Shown here: piece after piece, positions 59,049-64,000 of the stretch
How positions within the stretch are numbered: position 1 is the first letter of the stretch
How the letters are laid out: every line of letters starts with the position of its first letter
From: Camelus dromedarius
Lineage: Eukaryota
Direction: 5' to 3'
Length of the DNA stretch: 64,000 bases
Assembly: GCF_036321535.1 (NCBI RefSeq)
Contig: NC_087436.1
Span: forward strand, 116,872,001-116,936,000
The notes under the pieces: generated by a model
What the model saw: only the letters and a program-made list of their open reading frames with translations
Told to the model about the DNA's origin: nothing
Databases searched by the model: none
Program-made: the position numbers and the translations under genes

Positions 59049-60789
59049 TGTGTCTCCATCGTCCTGTAAACAGTACTTAAGTCTAGAGGCTTGATCCAGA
59101 TCAGGTTCTATTTTTGGTAAGACTATTTAGAAGACAGTGCTTCCTCCTGCACCACATCACAGGTACCTTATATTTGCCATCTTACAAATACTTAACGAAT
59201 GCACAACTCCAGTACTGTTAAATATTTGTGCCAGAAGCTGATGTAACCACTTTCCTATTGTGAGATAGATAAGTTGGTTTAACAAAGAGTTCAAGAGTCT
59301 GGTTTCACTTAACAGGATGCATGTTTTTATGTGTATTTTATAACTCGTTGTGATCCATATGAACGCACAGTACCTGTGTGGGAAATCTGTTTTCCAACAA
59401 CAAAGCTGGAAAAGTGGGCCCATTCCTTCAGGTTCTTCCAGATGACCGGGAAAGAAAAGCTAATTTAAACTGGCTTACATAAGGCAAAGTCATCAAGTCC
59501 CTCACTTAACTGGGGAGCCCAAGACTTTAGTCTCACATGTAGTTGGATCCAAGACTTCAAACAATGGTGTCAGAAGCAATTTGTATCGGCCCCATGGTAT
59601 GTTTCCCCTTAGAGTTTGCATTGTCAACCAGAGTCCCTCGATGGCATTTGGGGTGGTTTCAACGTTGTCAGGTTTGCATCTTATTCTCCCTTCAGTCCCA
59701 GCCGGTCGGGTGTCACTCTGCCCAGAAGTCTAGTAGGGACTGAGTTCTGTTACTTGTGGTAAATTTGGGTCTTATAGGATGAGATTATCAAAATAGCTTC
59801 ACAAGAACTGAAGCTCTTATCCAGATCAGGCTGCATTAACAATTTCAAGGCTAAGAATATTCACGAGGCACAAGCCGAGCAGGGAGGGATTCAGGAGCAT
59901 CAGTGTCTCTCTCCATGCCCTTTCTTGCCACTTTAGGACCTTCTCTGACCAAGATTTAACAGGTGAGGTCTCTAAACGATGCCTATGCTCACATAACTTA
60001 CACAGAAAGGCGCTGTTTCATCATGAAATGTTTATTTTATATTCCACTATTTATGTAGCCTCCATAACATGTTTATTCTGTACAAACTGACAACCCATGG
60101 GCATATGGGGCATAAACAATTCTGGATGGATAAAAATATTCCTGGATAAGGAAATCCTAGGGGGAAACAAAAAAACACTGGTGGTTTGCCAGGAGGTCTG
60201 TCATTAGGATATTTTCAAAGATTTGACCAGGTTACTATCCTTCTTTCCCAGAAGTATTCCCCATGAAATAAAGCAAATGCATTGCCGACCTGCTTATAGC
60301 CATTTCCTTCCACTAACGCATCACTGAGCCCACTGGTATGATGAGGGGCTAAGATGACCTGATTGATCAGAACTGGATACTTGAACAGAATGAGCTCAGC
60401 CTAAACACACAAGCTGGGAAAAAGCGGGGTGTGGTACCAGAAAGAGGGACAATGGATGCTAAGCAGGCAGAAGGAAAAGGTGTCCTCAACCCATGACCTA
60501 ATGAGGGACCACAGAGATCTCAGGGGGCGGGCAGATTTTCTTAGGACTTTTCTCTTGTCACGAGGATTTGCAAGAGATCTCGGCACTAAAAACTCAAGGA
60601 TCTAAACTGACCGTTTAGAAAAGCAGTGTGAAACTGACACTGTTGATTTGATCAGTGGATCCCATGATCACGATCGCTCTCCTGCATCTCATTTACTGCA
60701 GGCTGGTCTCGCACTAGGCATGAGGCTGTGTGGAGTCTGGTCCCAGGGGATCCAACATACCCTAAGCTAGAGATGCTCCCCGGGGTTCT

Positions 60790-61120
60790 CACAGTTGAGA
60801 GAGCACAGCCTCAGGCAGAACAGGTATCTATCACTGTGAGTACAGACCAGCACACCTTCTAGGACCCGGAGGACCCAATGTAATAAGCTTACCACCACCT
60901 TGACAGTTGGTTTCCTTGGGAAATGGTGCCACACTGGGGGACCAGTGTCAGTCTCCATTGTTGGCAGGGCGGACAGTCCATGGTGGCCAGTGCTAGACCA
61001 GCCTGGGAAGTGGGGGCCCATGTTGTTTGACCCATTTATAGACCCCACCTCTGTCACTGGGGCCACTTTGTTCATGTGTTCATCCTGCCTGCACTGGAGT
61101 GACTCGTGCCATAAGGGACT
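60790..61120 (-). pseudogene. ERVL/MaLR-type integrase relic (zinc-binding domain and start of the catalytic core)
   Basis: Manual translation with one frameshift: HEQSGPSDRGGVYKWVKQHGPPLPR / AGLALATMDCPPCQQWRLTLVPQCGTISQGNQLSRWW*AYYIGS...VLTVIDTCS. Matches recalled ERVL IN (HEQSGHGG...CPICQQ...WQVDYIGP...IDTYSG). Confidence 0.85.
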
Positions 61121-61169
61121 TGAATCACATTTTCTACTTCATTAAGTGATGGATGGATACTCTCCATGG

Positions 61170-61452
61170 AGATTTAACATGGAAACTGAGGCCCTCAGCC
61201 CGACAGGCCACAAGGAACAGAATGAACTCTCATAACAAGCACATGCACTTAGAAATTCATCCTTCTCCAGTTAAGACTGGAGCTGGGACTGCAGCGCTCG
61301 CCAACCCCTAGAGGGCTGCTTTGTGACATTCCAAAGCAGGCGACCCAGCTAAGTCACACCCGCATTCCTAAGTCACAGAAATTGAGAGATAGTGTGTGGT
61401 TTTAGGCTGCGAAGAGTGGTAATTTGTTATACGGCAAGAGACAATGAATACA
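61170..61452 (+). mobile_element. MLT1E-like MaLR LTR 3' half
   Basis: GGAAACTGAGGCCCTCAG...CCCAGCTAAGTCACACCC...CACAGAAATTGAGAGATA...GTGGTAATTTGTTATACGGCAAGAGACAATGAATACA. Confidence 0.75.
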
Positions 61453-62189
61453 CCTGCCAAGTGTGAATTGAAGTTTTCCAATGAAAAGAACTCACCCAAG
61501 ATACGGGGTGCAAGAGACGTGGTACTAGATCTGGTGGCTTTGCAAACTTCTCCACGAGCTCTACCTCCTAAGAGCTCTTCCTAAGATTCTGCCTGTAACT
61601 ACAGTAGCAGATGTGATAGCACCTCAGCAATTCTGAGCTCTGATTTTTTTCCACTCTTACCATCACTTCCAGCTAAAGCCTTCAGTGACCACTTTTTCCC
61701 AATCCTCCAACTATAAGCATTCCCTTTTCCATTTCCTCCTATAGTCATATAAATTTTAGCTCCTATGATACGTGCAGTGTCTCGGTTCTTGATTATAGAG
61801 GCAAGCATATCAATTGTATCAACTCAACCTATTTCTAACCAACTTTCCTTAATTATGTTTGCATGAATTAATGCTAGCTAATATCGAAAACTTTATGTTT
61901 CATACATCACATGACAAGATGACTTGACTTAAGGTATCATTTAAGCTGGAATGGGGTCTAAGGGTATTCAGTCACTAGTGGGTAATCCCACACCTCCCTA
62001 TGGCTATAACCAGAAACCAGACTCAATGTTGCACCCACTGTAGACTTTGGATCTACATCTCTGCCCTCTTTTGGCAATTTGTGTCACTGCATGCAGAGAA
62101 CCTTCATTTTTTTCCCTTTTTTCATTTTGGAAACCAGACCCTGATGGACATTCTAACGCAATTATATATTTGAGGAAAATTAGAAAGTA

Positions 62190-62645
62190 ACCATGCATGC
62201 TTCAGGAAAGTCACAGGCTCAGTAAAGACCTGAAAAAGACCTTAATTTAAACCTCAGGTGGATCAATGGCACAGAGAGTGTCTATAATTATTATAAAATG
62301 AACAAACAAGAGAAAAAAAGCAAGCTGTGAAGGAGAATCTGATTTACAGAGTTATATTATTAGATTGGAATATCAAGTTTAACCAAAAAAATTAAAAAGC
62401 ACACCAAAAAAGGCCCATATGGCCCAAAGTGGGGAAAAATAAGCCGAGAGAAACTATCCTGGAGAGAGAGCTGATGGCAGCTCTACTAGACAAAGATTTG
62501 AAAACGACCGTCTTAACGATGTGCAAGGCGCTAAAGGAAGATATGGGGAAAGTCAAGAAAATGATACATGAACAAAATAGGAGTGTCAATGAGGAGACAG
62601 AAAGCCTAAAATCCAACCAAAAAGAAATTCGGGAGCTGAAAACTA
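62190..62645 (+). mobile_element. L1MC/MD-like 5' UTR and ORF1 N-terminal relic
   Basis: ORF 62429 contains LLDKDLKTTVLTMCKALKEDMGKVKKMIHEQNRSVNEETESLKSNQKEIRELK, the L1 ORF1 coiled coil. Confidence 0.8.
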
Positions 62646-62854
62646 ATGGCATGACTGTCACCAGCAGCAAGAGCAAGAGGAAGAAATTTCCTCTTTGTCT
62701 GGCAATTGCTCACCCAGTGAGGGACTGTCACAACTTGGCTGGTAAGAATTAGCCCCTGCCCAAGTTCGTCAGCACCCACCAAGGCGGGAGCCATGGGCGG
62801 GGTAAGCGCTTCGACACCAGCTTGCACTGAGAAGGGCTCAGCATGCCTTGCGCC

Positions 62855-63175
62855 AGCCCTTGTGACGCTCCCGTCCTGCCAGTTAAAAAACCTGATGGCA
62901 AGGGTTGGAGATTTGTACAAATCTGAGGTCTATCAATGCTACTATTATTTGTCATTCTGCAGCGCCAAACCCCCATGCCTTATTGTCCTATATTCCTAAA
63001 AACAGTGACTTCTTTTCTGTGATAGAGCTATGCAGTGCATTTTTAATATCAGTATCTTTTTTGCCTCTACTTTTAATGAGAGGCAATATAAGGGAACCAT
63101 AACGCCACAGGGCTACACTGAAAGCCGCACCCACTTCTCGCAGGTACTAAAAGCAGAGCTGGAAAACCTTTTCAG
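62855..63175 (+). pseudogene. ERV1 (gamma-like, MER4-group) reverse transcriptase relic
   Basis: Across frameshifts: SPCDAPVLPVKKPDGKGWRFVQ / LRSINAT...PNPHALLSYIP...FFSVIELCSAF / FASTFNERQYKGTITPQGYTESRTHFSQVLKAEL. These are class I RT motifs up to PQG, and the YxDD region is not recognisable. Confidence 0.85.
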
Positions 63176-63324
63176 AATTCTGACACTGAGGGAACACGTA
63201 CTTCGAGGAGAAATTGCTTTTCTCTCCCTGTGCCTGAAGACCAGGGCTCTCAGGAACGTTTATCTTACCTAGACCATCTCTCATTCCTGAGGCTGCAGGA
63301 ACAAAAAAAAGGGGGGGGGGGGAG

Positions 63325-64000
63325 AAGCCTTTTTAAATTTAGCTTATTCTAACTGTTAAAACTAGTGAGTTTTATATTGTAATATCTGATTCATTATTAA
63401 GTTTGGAAAATGAAGCTATGAGATCTCTGGTTGTGTCTGCCTATATGTCTGTGTGTGTATTATGTATGTCTTTCCCTTTGAATGAATGGCATTATCAAAA
63501 TTAATTTTTAAATGAGCTCTACTTAATTGGCTTAAAGGAAATTAAGCACTTACATAAATTCTCAGAAATATAAAAGGAAACTGACCAGAATGAATTTCAT
63601 GTTCATATGAACTGGGAAATATTCGGTATTAAATTAACAACCTGATATTAAAGTTTGCTAATTTAATTAATGTAGACATGTTTTTAGAGTCACCAACATT
63701 AAGTAAAATACCTTTGTTGTACCTAGGTTTAATAGAAGTCAAATAAGATCTTATTATATCTGTTGCAAATTTGTCAGCAAGAAAAATAACTTGGTATGAA
63801 ATCTTTTAAAGTAAATTGAATGCAAGTGAGGTAAGAGCTTTTGGGTGAATTCTTTAGGAGTAATTATACTTTATAAATGTCTACTTAAAAATAATTTCTC
63901 CAGGTATTTAGTAACTTAAAATTTTAGAGTTGTACTAATCATGTTAAATGATGGAAGTTTATTGAATAGCTAATAAAGAAAGACACTGAAACATTAATTA
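63325..64000 (+). mobile_element. AT-rich internal region of a non-autonomous ERV1 (MER4-group-int-like), running off the window
   Basis: Follows the RT relic. Motifs CTAGTGAGTTTTATATTG, GAGCTCTACTTAATTGGCTTAAAG, AACTGGGAAATATTC, AATGTCTACTTAAAAATAAT. Confidence 0.6.

Noticed and set aside
1..64000. CRISPR arrays, operons or other prokaryote-type systems, and exons of neighbouring genes
   Set aside because: The sequence is clearly mammalian. I saw no repeat-spacer arrays and recognised no coding exons other than ZNF518B, although short exons could be missed by eye.

Overview
Mammalian genomic DNA, most likely camelid (alpaca/camel), judged from a tRNA-Ala-derived SINE at about 34.8-35.0 kb and cetartiodactyl-type L1 3' ends. 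One protein-coding gene is supported: ZNF518B on the + strand. It has a CpG-island promoter with a non-coding exon 1 (donor at 14531), a probable non-coding exon 2 (donor at 17335) and one large terminal exon (25092 to about 31680) holding the whole 1082-codon ORF and a ~3.1 kb 3' UTR. A second CpG island lies about 4 kb upstream. The flanks are mosaics of decayed transposons (L1/HAL1, L2, MIR, MaLR, hAT MERs), and 39-64 kb is dense in ERV1/ERVL LTRs and pol relics. Repeat subfamily names come from recalled consensus sequences, so names and edges are approximate. I found no convincing novel multi-gene system. The best leads are regulatory (a uORF abutting the main start, the orphan upstream CpG island, a CGG repeat in exon 1, a CtBP-type PVDLS motif, a 3' UTR double hairpin) plus some unusual retrotransposition and repair scars.
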